Shown here: positions 9,723 to 20,999 of the stretch, one piece after another
Layout of the letters: each line of letters starts with the position of its first letter
Position numbering within the stretch: position 1 is the first letter of the stretch
Assembly (NCBI RefSeq): GCF_036365525.1
Contig: NC_090383.1
Coordinates: forward strand, 85,549,123-85,613,122
DNA: 64,000 bases
From: Heterodontus francisci
Lineage: Eukaryota
Direction of reading: 5' to 3'
The notes under the pieces: generated by a model
Databases searched by the model: none
What the model saw: only the letters and a program-made list of their open reading frames with translations
Told to the model about the DNA's origin: nothing
Made by a program: the position numbers and the translations under genes

Positions 9723-10821
9723 GTAAGCTAATGTGCAGAAATATGGCTTTGAACATTTTGATGTAAATAGTGGGTTGGTAAAAGGAAGTATGGTAAAATT
9801 CCATTTGAAACAAGGTTTAAAATAAAGGCTCAACACATAACAGGTTGAGAAGTCATGTAAAAACACAGTCGTTTTCTGGTAATCAAGTGAAACCAGATGA
9901 CTGATTCTGAAAGATGGCGTGGATTAATTTGTGGCCAACTTGGAGTGACCACATCACTAAAGTGTGTTAATAGCATTAGTGTCTAGATTTGGGGCCAGTA
10001 GTTAGTTGCAGTAAAAGCACCAATCTGAATTACTGCAGTCCCTGTAGTGTATTATGCACATTTCAAAAACTTGGCTTTCACATCTATTATGTCACCTAAT
10101 GACCATTATAAGCCATGCAAACTCTCTCCTTTGGTTTAATATCATCCACTCAATCAGATGTTTGCCTTAGAATCACTCTTATTAGATACAAATTCCTGTT
10201 TGGGGCATTTTAGAGGTTTTTAACTAGTTGTACATCATGTAAAAAGTTCTTGAGGGTGGGATGTTACAAACTTGCTTGTGTTTGAGGAAATGTCATCATA
10301 TCAAATAACATGCATATCCATAAATTATGAGATGTAATGAGCTAAGCATTTCAACACTATAGTGAGATCCACAAACTTATGCTATTTTAAGATATTTTGA
10401 AAACAAATGTTATTTTACAAACCATTCTGTACTTAAGTGAAGTCTTTGTTTTCATATTTACTTAATATTTTGAGTACTGAAAAATACCTATGAACCATAA
10501 AAATAGTGCACTACTTTTGTTTCTTCTGAGCTAAATGGCTAAAAATGTGCATTTGTTTGCTGACCAATTTCTAAGAAATGTATTCAGGATAATTGCATTT
10601 GGATGTGAGAAAATACTTATGGTTTAACTTTTTATGCCAAGTTGGATAGTTGAAGAAATTAACTTACTAATTAGTTCCATTTTACAATGGTACTGTAGGG
10701 ACTTATTTATTAACAGTCCAAGTCTCTGAACATTTTCTGCTGTTTGGATTATAGTGCCATTTTATACTCAATATAATGTGCAGCATAGAGGAATAAAATG
10801 TAACGCTACTATTTTGAGCAG

Positions 10822-10995
10822 GGGCAGAGGAGGTAAAGGAAGAGGAAAAGTTGGACGGATGGCTAGAGGTGGCAGAGGAAGGGGCAGCAGAGGTGTTTTT
10901 GGAGGACCTAAGGACCTCGGGCCACCGAGTGGAGATGGATCATCTGGCAGATTTGGGCGAGGACAAGCAGCTGCTAATGGATTTGGCTCCGCAAG
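10822..10995 (+). CDS. RGG/Pro-rich protein gene, exon 3: GRGGKGRGKVGRMARGGRGRGSRG..NGFGSA(R)
   Basis: TTTTGAGCAG| ..GCAAG|GTATTT, 174 nt, phase 2-2. A GC-rich RGG-coding island in an AT-rich intron. Confidence 0.88.
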
Positions 10996-12074
10996 GTATT
11001 TCTGTTATTTTCCAATTTCTTCTCCCTCCTATCCTTAGGATGATGATTTGATCTGGGTATACCTCCAGAAGCCTTCAGTACCTCATCTAAGTGAATATTC
11101 TTTGTTGGTGAACATGGACAGTTATGTGTTGGTAGCGAATTTGACTTGGGGCCATGTCAGCCTTTCCCTCAGTCAACAGTCTATACACGTGTATTTGCAG
11201 AAGATTACTTGATGGTGATCAGAAGAGGAGGGGAGTTGTCAATATGTCTTTTCCCCAGGGACAAAAGCTAATTATGTATGTCTGTCAATCAGCCCTAGTC
11301 ATGACAATGTAATTCGACAGATCGGGGATCAGGCATAGTCTCAATGAATATAAATGAACTTGAGGAATATAAACGCCACTGGAAAAGTGGTCCAAGTGTG
11401 GCGAACTAGAGAAGTAAAAGATATTGCTGGATTAAAAGAGGCTTACAGTGTTGTTAAAAAGAGTAGTAAGCCTGAAGATTGGGAGGGTTTTAAAAATCAA
11501 TAAAGGATGACCAAGAATTGATAAAGAGGGATAAAATAGAATGAGTAAACTAGCAAGAAATATAAAAACAAATTTTAAGAGTTTCTACAAGTATATTAAA
11601 AAGAAGAGATTCGCAATTGTTCTATTGGATCTATTGTTAAAATGAGTAGTGACAAACTTAGTTGATGCTGGTGAGGTTCAGTACCTTTTTCTTCCCTCAG
11701 TATGCAAAATCATTTCCAACAGGGTTAACGGAGCACAATAAATGTAAGCATGTATTCTAGCATTGTACAAATTTTCGGAGCACAGAATGTCTCCTTTTTA
11801 TATCTCCTTCCTATACCTCCTTCCTTTAACAAGCTTGAATTTATCTCTTTTCCCTTTACACCTGACCTCACATGATACTTATTCTCAGTAATTTTTCATC
11901 GGTTCCCAGACTGACCATACTCCTTTCCCTTATCTGCCTGTTTTTATTTTCTCATCAATCTAATTTCTGTGTGAAAATTACACAGCCACAGATACAGTCT
12001 CAGTAACCCTCTTATTTATCAAACTTCTTCAGTCGGGGCCACTTTCAGACTTTCAAGGTCCAGCCACAATGTCT

Positions 12075-14270
12075 TATTTAGTACACCATTGTTTAATTAA
12101 GCATATACACTATCTTGCAGTATGATTTCTATTCTATAAGCCAAGCTAATCTTTAAATTCCATCAACCTCTCTGCTAAGCTAATTTTTAGCTTCCCAATT
12201 ACCTCTCTACCTCTTCTACCCCATGTTTGAATAGCGTCCCTTAGGAGCAGAGACAGGAGAAATTATAATAAAATAAATCGCAGAGATGTTAAGCAAATAT
12301 TTTGTAGCTGTCTTCACAATAGAAGACACAAAAAAACAATGGAAATAACGGGGAACCGAAGATCGAATGAGAATGAGGAATTTAACAGAATATTAGTAAC
12401 AAAAAAGTACTGGAAAAATTAATGGGACTAAAAGCTGACAAATCCTCAGGTTTTAGAAGAGGTGACTGCAGAAATAGTCCATGCATTGGTTTTGATCTTC
12501 CAGAACTCCCTAGGTTCTGGAACAGTCCCAGTGGATTGGAAGGTAGCAAATTTCACAAACCTGAAATGCTAACTCTCTCAACACAAATGCTGTCTGACCT
12601 GCTGAGTATTTCCAGCATTTTCTGTTCTCATTTGAGTTCCAGCATCCGCAGTATTTTGCCACTATTATAGAAAATTTAACCCACTTTTCAAGAAAGGAGC
12701 AAAGCGGAAACAGAACTATACGCCAATTTACCTGCTATAAGAAGTAGGGAAAATGCTAGAATCTGTTGGTAACGGGGCACTTAGAAAATCATTATATGAT
12801 TAGGCAAAATCAACACGGTCTTATGAAAAAGAGATTTTATTTGACAACTCTATTAGAGTTTTTTGAGAATGCAACTATCAGGGGAACCAATGGATATAGT
12901 ATATTTGGATTTTCAGAAGGCATTAGTTAAGTTGCCACACAAGAGGTTGTTACACAAGTTTAGGGCTTATTAGATTGCGGGTAATGTATTAGCATGGATT
13001 GAGGATTAGTTGACAACAGAAAACAAAGAAACAGATGAGGAGAAATTTTCTCTGAGGGTCATGAGTCTTTGGAACTCTCTTCCTCAAAAAGCAGTGGAAG
13101 CAGAGCCTTTGAATATTTTTAAGGCAGAGGTAGATAGATTCTTGATAAACTGGAGGGGAGGGGAGCGAAAGGGTATTGGGGGCAGGCGGGAATGTGGTGT
13201 TGAGGTTATAGTCAGATCAGCCATGATCTTCTTGAATGGCGCAGCAGGCTTGAGAGGCCGAGTGGCCTACTCCTGCTCCTAATTTGTATGTAAATGGAGG
13301 TCTGCAACGATTAGTGCTTGAACCTCGGCTATTTTCAACCTGTTTCAATGACTTGGATGAGTATCATATATCCAAGTTTGATGAAAGCTCGGTCGGAAAG
13401 CAAGTTGTGAGGAGGATGCAAAGAGGCTGCGAACACATATAGAATAGTTAATTGATTGGTCAAGAAGGTGGCAGATGGAGTATAGTGTGGAGAAATGTGA
13501 AATTAGCAACTTTGCCAGGAAGCATAGAAAAGCAGAATTTTTTTAAAAAGTGAGAGATTAATAGATGATATTCAGAGGAATTCGGATGTCCTTGTACATG
13601 AATCACAGAAAGTTAGCATGCACGCAAAGCAAGCAATTAAAAAGGTAAATGGTATGTTAGCCTTTATTGCAAGGGGGTTGGAATATAAGTATAAGGAAGT
13701 CTTGCTACAATTATATAGAGCTTTGGTGAGACCACACCTGGAGTACTGTGTACAGTTTTGACCTCCTTACCTAATGGAGGATATACTTGCCTGAGAGGGG
13801 GTGTAACAAAAGTTCATTAGATTGATTCCTGGGTTGCGAGGGCTGTCCTTTGGGAGAATTAGAGTAGAATGGGCCTATATTCTCTGACGTTTGGAAGAAA
13901 GAGAGGTGATCTCATAGGAATATATAAAATTATTAGATGTCTTGACAGATGCAGAAAGGCTGTTTCTCATGGCTGGGGTGTCAGAAATATTGAAGTCTCA
14001 AAATAAGGGATCAGCCATTTAGGAGAAAATTTCTTCACTCATGGGGTTGTGAATATTTGGAATTCTCTATCTCAATAGAGAGTTGTGGCAGTCGTTGAGC
14101 ATATTCAAGACTGAGATCAATGATGTTTGGTCACTAAGGAAATTAAGGGATGTGGGGATAGAACGGGCAAGTGGAGTTGATGTAAAAGATCAGCCATCAT
14201 CTTACTGAATGGCGGAGAAGGCTCGAGTGACTGTATGGCCTACTCCTGATCCGATTTCTTATGTTCTTAT
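12075..14270 (+). mobile_element. CR1 LINE, degraded, with nested insertions (12554-12667 short element; ~13036-13290 CR1 tail)
   Basis: MGLKADKS, YLDFQKA, LVRPHLEYCVQF remnants and a CR1 3' tail at ~14190-14270. Confidence 0.85.
12554..12667 (+). mobile_element. Short Penelope-derived non-autonomous element, 5'-truncated within the hammerhead motif
   Basis: CACAAACCTGAAATGCTAACTCT..GACCTGCTGAGTATTTCCAGCA..TTCCAGCATCCGCAGTATTTTGC. Flanked by TAGCAAATTT/TAGAAAATTT. Confidence 0.75.
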
Positions 14271-14695
14271 GGTCTGTATGAATCACTGGCAAGCCATGTG
14301 GTCCATTTACCCAATGAAACATTGTTTTGTGTCATTGAGAATCATAGAATCTTACAGCAGTAGGAGGCTATTAAGACCAAATGTACAGGATGTTTTGACT
14401 CCTTTCATCCTGATTGCCAAAACTTTTAACACTACTCATTTTAATTGTAACATGTAAAATACTTAAAATTATATCATTTTGTTGGAGCAGATTAGAGGGA
14501 GCTTCAGAATGCTCCTTACTGATTGGAGTAAGAACAGTAAGTTCTGTTTTCTTGGTGCTAACATCCCTTACTTTGATTAACACAGAAAAAAGAGGGTTTA
14601 ATTTTAACAATGATTTTATGATCAGTGTTAAAATTGTTAACTTTGTTTGAATTGTGCTTACTCATTTGAGAGTTAAAATTATGTTTCTGTTTTAG

Positions 14696-14842
14696 ACGTG
14701 GTATGGGAAATAGTAGAATGCGTCCATACCCAGATCCTCGAGGTCGAAGAGGTCCGCCTAGGTTTGGACTGCCACTTATGAGGGGAAGGATGGAATGTCC
14801 ATTTGGTGGACATGGAGATCTGGCTTTCCCTCCCCCACCAAG
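14696..14842 (+). CDS. RGG/Pro-rich protein gene, exon 4: RGMGNSRMRPYPDPRGRRGPPRFGLPLMRGRMECPFGGHGDLAFPPPP(R)
   Basis: TTTCTGTTTTAG| ..CCAAG|GTAAGG, 147 nt, phase 2-2, open in frame. Confidence 0.9.
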
Positions 14843-15439
14843 GTAAGGGACTTGTAGGGAATTGGAAACACTTTGGTGAGAACCAGTGAGCCAGATCATA
14901 TGCAAGGGCTAAACTAGAACATTTGCAACAGAAATGGTTATTGATGTTTTAATTTGCATTACTGGACAGATTGAAATCTTTAAAACTGAGAGACGTTAAA
15001 TGGATGAAGCTGGGATGTTGCAAACTGTAATTTAACAGAAGGTGGTGTTTTGAATTCATCTTCTACACAGCCAAGATGGTTATATTGTAAGAGATTCTTC
15101 TTTTGAATGGGGCATCTTTCTTGCATTATTAGAATTATCTTATGTCTCCATACAAAATAAGATGCAAAAATCAAAAGAGCTTGAATGTTGTTGACCCTTT
15201 AGGCAGATGAAAGCCAGCAGCAAGGCTATTTTCTAAATCTGCAATATGAAATTGCACACAGGTGGCCCATAAAATAGTAGATAAATGAACTTTAGGGCAA
15301 AATTGAAGTCTAGTCAGGCACTAGCAACAATCAGTTGGTTTGCCAAGGCCCTATCATGATCAGAGATCTAGAAAGGGTGCTTTTACTATCAAATAGACCC
15401 AAATGAAACTGGGTTCAATCCCAAGTCAAGCAGGTTGAA

Positions 15440-15880
15440 AGTACTCTAAAAATGAATCTCCCCACCACCTTTCTGGACCCTCCATTGTCTCTGTGCTTGT
15501 CTGACGTCCATTCTTAGATGAGCCACAATTACCTCCAGTTAAAAGACTTTGGCCCCTGCCAGAAGCTCTGTTCCCTTGCCACAGATTCCATCCCCCTCCC
15601 TGGCCCCTGTCTCCGATTGAAGCTGACAATTTTGGCATGCTAATTAACCCGAACTCTCCATCACAAAAACCAGCTTCTACCACATCTCTGATCACCCATC
15701 TCTGTCCCTGCCAATCTGCTATTAAAAGATTCATTCATGTCTTTTTCACCTCCATACTCGACTATTCCAATGCTCTCCTAGTCAGTTTCCTATCCTCTAT
15801 ACATTTCCGCTCGTCCAAAACTCTGCTGTCTGTATCCTATCCTCAGCATGTGCTAGGTACCCGTCGCTCCTGCGGTCGCT
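15440..15880 (+). mobile_element. Old L2 LINE 3' fragment
   Basis: FIHVFFTSILDYSNALL resembles the L2 motif LIHAFITSRLDYCNSLL. Confidence 0.6.
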
Positions 15881-16469
15881 GACAAATCGATAGGAGATGT
15901 CTATGCTGGGGAATAAAACTTTTATTTTGGGCAATTATGTTGACATGAAATCCTACTAGATTAGATATTGGCATAATTGGATACTTGTATGACACCACCC
16001 CATCCCCAGTGATGTGCCTCAATGCTATTCTATATCTATTCTGTATTGTGAATTTTTCATAATTTTTACAGCAGCTATCTTCACAGGCGACGGAATGGAC
16101 TGCCCAAACCCCTTTCGTAGGTTATTCAGTCAGAACTAAATTTGTACAAAAGTCCTAGAGTCGCCGACCTTAGTACACAATCTGCATACATCCTTAAAAT
16201 AACTTTATCCTTGGTTTTGTTTGCATATACTTATTTTGCTGAATATTTTGTTCTAAATATTGGATATGCTGTTTTAGAAATTTCTGCCAAATTCTGGAAT
16301 AAGTTGGTACAGGTTAAAAGATTGAAATTACTTACTTTAAACAGCATAAAGTATATGGCAAATTGAACCTTTATGACACTATTTGTAACTATGCTGTTTA
16401 ATTTGAGTGGCAAAGCCTAGTACACTTCAGGAACCATCACCTGGAGACTTAGCATATTGACTTCAGTAC

Positions 16470-17080
16470 ATAAGGACAGAAGTAGATCATTAAACCCCAC
16501 AAGCCTGTTCCACCATGCAGTTAGATCATGGCTGATCTGTTCCTTAATTCCATTTTCCTGCCTTTGCTTCATGTCCCTTGATAGTCTTACCGGACAAAAA
16601 TCTGTAGATCCAGTTCTTGAAAATTTCAAATTGATCCAACATCTAAGATGTTTGGAGGAGAGAATTCTAGACTTGCACTACCCTTTGTATGGAAAAAGTG
16701 CTTCCTGATTTCACTTGGAAATAGCCTAGCTCTAATTTTATGTTTACGCCCCCTTGTTCTGAAATCGCACACAAGAGGAAATGGGGTAGATCCAGAGAAG
16801 ATGTCAAATCCCTTTATCATTTTAAGCAACTCAATTAGATTACTATCTTAATCTTCTAAACTCAATGGAATACAAAGTAATTTTGCGCAACCTGTCCTCA
16901 TAATTTAACTATTCAAACTCTGGTATTCTGGTGAATCAGTGTTCTCCCTTCCAAAGCCAATATATCATTCCTTAGGTTAAATCCTACAGGTTGAATAAGG
17001 CTCTGAACAACTGAAGCCTCACTTTTGTATTTCAACCCCCTTGGGATAAAGGCCAACATTCCATTACTACTTTTGACTAG
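16470..17080 (-). mobile_element. Old CR1 3' fragment
   Basis: KMIKGFD..FPLV..RTRGRKHKIRARLF..IRKHFF. Confidence 0.7.
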
Positions 17081-17117
17081 ACAAGTAGGAATATTTCAGA
17101 AACTATAATAAACCTGT

Positions 17118-17912
17118 GGGCTGGATTTTAAGAGCCCACTGCCGATCTCGGCGGCTAGCTCAAAAATTGGCAGCCCGCCTAAGAGCCGCAGCTATCTTAG
17201 CGCGGCGGCTCATTTAAATAGCCGGGGTGGCCTGCCCCTACAATCACATGGAAGGGTGCGCTGTCTGTCCCCGGCAATGGCGTCAGCTGCCAGTGTGCAG
17301 GCACTGGCTTCATCTTTAAAAGCAGCCAGCCCTGTCGGCACATTTTAATTTTTAAATAAGTATCCCCCCAAAATATATCCAATAAATTTTAAACGCCCCT
17401 TTTCCACCCAGCCAAAAAACACTTACATTGATGATTTGCCCTCCCACCCCCCCCAAAATACTTACTTTGTAAATATGGCCTTCCCCCCACAGACTACACA
17501 AATTTTAAAGTTCAATCTTTCCCACCATCCCCTACACCCATTACATTTATTTGACCCCATCTCCCCCAAACCCCCCCCCCCAATAGAAAATATAAATCTC
17601 CCCCCCCCCCCCCCCCCTCCCAACCAGTGTCACGCCACCTTTCCCCAGATGAGGAATTGAAGGCACGGGAGTGCAGGCCACCACGCCGAAGATCGTGGCA
17701 GGCCCTCAAGATTGCAGGTGTGTATTTTAATTTATTAATTCCCTTCATTAACATATGTTAATTAGCATCCTCCGCCACGGAGCCTCGCTGTCGCCGGGAG
17801 GATCGGGCCAGGGCCTCTTGGCGTTGAGGTCCGTGGCGGGCCTCTTCCGGACCTATTTCAAGACCCCTTTCCCCCGTCGGCTCTGGAGCCCAACAGCGAG
17901 GGCTTGGTAAAA
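17118..17912. mobile_element. Non-autonomous DNA transposon (Harbinger-like MITE); relatives at 25897-26080, 61838-62500 and 62630-63372
   Basis: Begins GGGCTGGATTTT. GC-rich subterminal arms share GCGGCTCATT..TGTCCCCGGCAA with the 62630 copy. Poly-C centre. Confidence 0.6.
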
Positions 17913-18552
17913 TGTTTATAATAGTCTCTGCAGAATATTCATTTAATAGTGATGTTCCCAACAAGTGCCTGCTGCTAATTGGGTGCTATTGGTGAAGACA
18001 ACAGAAGCCTTTTTTTTGTTGGGAAAGATGTTTTAGATAAAGAACTGTGTGGTAAGGTGTATAATTGGAATATTTTAGTAAGAAATCAGTAGACAGAGAG
18101 ACTCCGCTTTGTAGAGGTATATCACCATTTAGTAGTTTACATAAACTTGAACATTAAGAATGGATTGGACTCATTTCAGTTGTAACAAGTACTGAACTTT
18201 TACTATTTTTAGCTGTACTTATACTTTAGTAGTTGTTGGGAGCACAGATTGTTGTGATGTTGCAATGCCAATGTTCTTGAACTTTCTGATGAGGTGATTG
18301 AAAATACATGGCTTGCAAGGAATTTTAGCAGAAAAGTTCTATGCTATTACTAAGCAATGAAAATGTTAGCATTTTTATTGCAGGACCGAAGCTGAAATTG
18401 GGCCTTTTTAAATATTCTACCTCCCAAATGTGTCTGGTCTCTGTACTCTTGTCCAGATGCTTAGAATTTCACCTTCACCATGGTCCTAGTTTGAATAAAA
18501 TATGTTTTGATTTGCTTTCTTTGGTCATTAGCATTTGATAATTGTTTTGCAG

Positions 18553-18660
18553 ATTTAGGGGTGGCGGCCCGCCTCCTCCAGGACCAATGTGCTTCAGAGG
18601 AAGAACCCCTTTTATTGGAGGTAGAGGCATGCGAAGAGGAGTTTTTTCACCTCGGAGAGG
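18553..18660 (+). CDS. RGG/Pro-rich protein gene, exon 5: FRGGGPPPPGPMCFRGRTPFIGGRGMRRGVFSPRR(G)
   Basis: TTGTTTTGCAG| ..AGAGG|GTAAGT, 108 nt, phase 2-2. Confidence 0.9.
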
Positions 18661-18949
18661 GTAAGTGAAACTGAGGCTTGTGTGGGATTGTTTTTCCCAA
18701 AACACTGTAAATTCATTTTCTCTAAGTTAAACAAAATACTTGAATCTATTTTTTGTAATTAGCCCTTCTTGTAGTGAGTAATTTTTTTTGGAAGCCTATA
18801 AAAATCTGCATGTCGAATATTTCAAATGACTATTTAGTGTATAAGATTAAAAGTAGTATAACTGTTAGATTTTTATAACTAACTTTATTTTTTTAATGGA
18901 AAAGTACACCATAAAACAAAAAAAATTGTGATTTTATCCTTTTACACAG

Positions 18950-19040
18950 CTTTCACAATGGACCTGGTGCGCCGCTGCCACCTCCGCCACCTGGACGGGG
19001 CCAGAGATGGCCTGGACCGCCAGGTGGCAGACACTTTTAA
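18950..19040 (+). CDS. RGG/Pro-rich protein gene, exon 6 (last): FHNGPGAPLPPPPPGRGQRWPGPPGGRHF*
   Basis: TTTTATCCTTTTACACAG| then TAA at 19038-19040. Total spliced CDS is 561 nt = 186 aa. Confidence 0.9.
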
Positions 19041-19678
19041 AGCCACTTATTGTTAAATTGTATAGTGGGGTGCACACAAAAAATTGTGAGATGGCCGGAC
19101 TAGGAACAGCAAATAGTAATGCTGGCAAAGAAACTTAGTTGAGACTTGTCAACAATATTTGCAGCAGCCCTCATGCACCAAATGGCATAAGCCATACAAA
19201 TACATATTTCTGTGACTCCTTGGACTTTCGAAGCATTGTTTTATATAAGCTGTATGGACTCCTTGCGGTGCCTCATGCTCACAGAAATCTTGAATGATTA
19301 AATAACCATTCATCTCTGCCGAGATCAAGCATTTATCTTTGTAAAGAATCATGCAGTCTCCTTTTATGCAGTTTGAAAATATTTTTGTGCAGCTAATTTA
19401 GCTTAGGTAGCTGTGATTGTTTTAATAATATTTGTCTAGAAATATTGCTTGTGCATCCTTATTTTATAGAAGTGAAGTGTTTTTAAACTTGAAAATACTG
19501 ACAGCAAGTAACAATGTAAAGTAAAAGTAGTGAATGGCTGGATGATTCCATACATGGAAAAGAAATCTCACTGTTTTAAGTTTTGAACTGTTAGAAACAC
19601 TAAATAATGTAACTGAAGTAAATGTGGATCAATGTTACTTTCTGAACCAGAAAGAGCATAATGAAAAACTATTGAGGA

Positions 19679-19684
19679 AATAAA
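19679..19684 (+). terminator. Candidate poly(A) signal of the RGG/Pro-rich gene
   Basis: AATAAA about 640 nt after the stop, in non-repetitive AT-rich UTR-like sequence. Confidence 0.4.
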
Positions 19685-20999
19685 AAATATTTAAAACAAT
19701 TGTGAATTTCAAAGGGTTTTAAATTCATTTTCCCAAAATTTATATATACAGCGCAACTCGACCCTTTTGATTTTGTATTTAAACAATAATTGAAGTGTAA
19801 CATGTTATGTTTGACAAACAAAAATGTTAGAGTTAATGTATCTAACTACATTCATTTGAATATTTTAATGAAGTAATGTATATTAACTTTTACCATATAT
19901 TCATATGAATATTCTAATGAAAGTGTTATCAGTACTTGGTACAAAGAATTTAATGAACAACTGTAATTCTTTCTAATGTTGCCATATTGGTGGCAGAGAA
20001 ACATAGCGTAACGACGGAAAAAAGTATTATGGAACAGAGCCTGCCATCTTCCAGGATGATCACAACCTAACTTGCCACTAAAACAGTTCGTTTAACAACG
20101 AACCTTGCTAGTTCCCTTTGTGCTGAGGGCTGAATTCTATCTTCTGACCAGTGCGCAGTTCAAGTTAACCTTAGGCTAGCTCTACCCTGGGTCTTAAATC
20201 TGCAAGCAGGAATTGTATGTACGAAGAGACAATAATTTGTTAAGGTATGGTTAACTAAATTTTATGTGGGCATGTCCCCCTACCTATCTGGCTTCCAGTA
20301 ATATATTATTATTAAAAGGTAGCATTAGAAGAGATTAATATTTTAATTTATAGATCTAACCGTTGAAAAAAATCCTTGGGTAATTAAAATGTAGCGATTT
20401 TAATGTTGTGCAATTTAAAATTTTCCCCTTTTTTTTAAGCCTTTGATGCAATAAGCCTGTTAACCAATTTTTCTAATTTTCTTCAATATTGCATGTGATT
20501 ATAAATTTAATTTTAATCACCACCTTTGCTGTGGTGCAAGATTGATGCTGTTGTTGTCTCCTGAAAGGTAACATAGGTAGTGCACCCTGTGTGGCTTACT
20601 GGTGATGCTGAGACTGCTGGGAAGCTTGAGCACTGAATTCAGGTGAGAAGTTTTTGCGTAATTATTTTTTTATTTACTGGTGTTACCTGAAGCGGTGCAG
20701 AACAATGTTGCTTAGTCCAATTTTGAAGTGGCTGCTGTGCTTTAAACTGCTGTTCTTGCTACAAAGAGTATGATTTTTAAATACCACAAATACTCAGTGG
20801 GTAAATTCACTTTATGTTTTGATATTGAACGGTACAGACAGTTAAGAATGCTGATTCGATCACTGTTCTGTGCCCAGGCAGCAGTGGGGCACAACAGTTG
20901 GTCAGTAATCCTGACTAGAGAAGTGAGCATATCAACTATTTGCTGCGTCTGTTTGCTATCCATTAGACCCTGTTAGGAAATGTGGAAGTTTGTATTTAA

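Noticed and set aside
10754-11038. 94-aa single-exon RGG ORF from the ORF track
   Set aside because: Only 10822-10995 is exonic; the flanks are intron read-through past clear splice sites.
14558-14905. 115-aa minus-strand ORF (similarly 18475-18705 and 18934-19128)
   Set aside because: These are antisense shadows of the GC-rich plus-strand exons.
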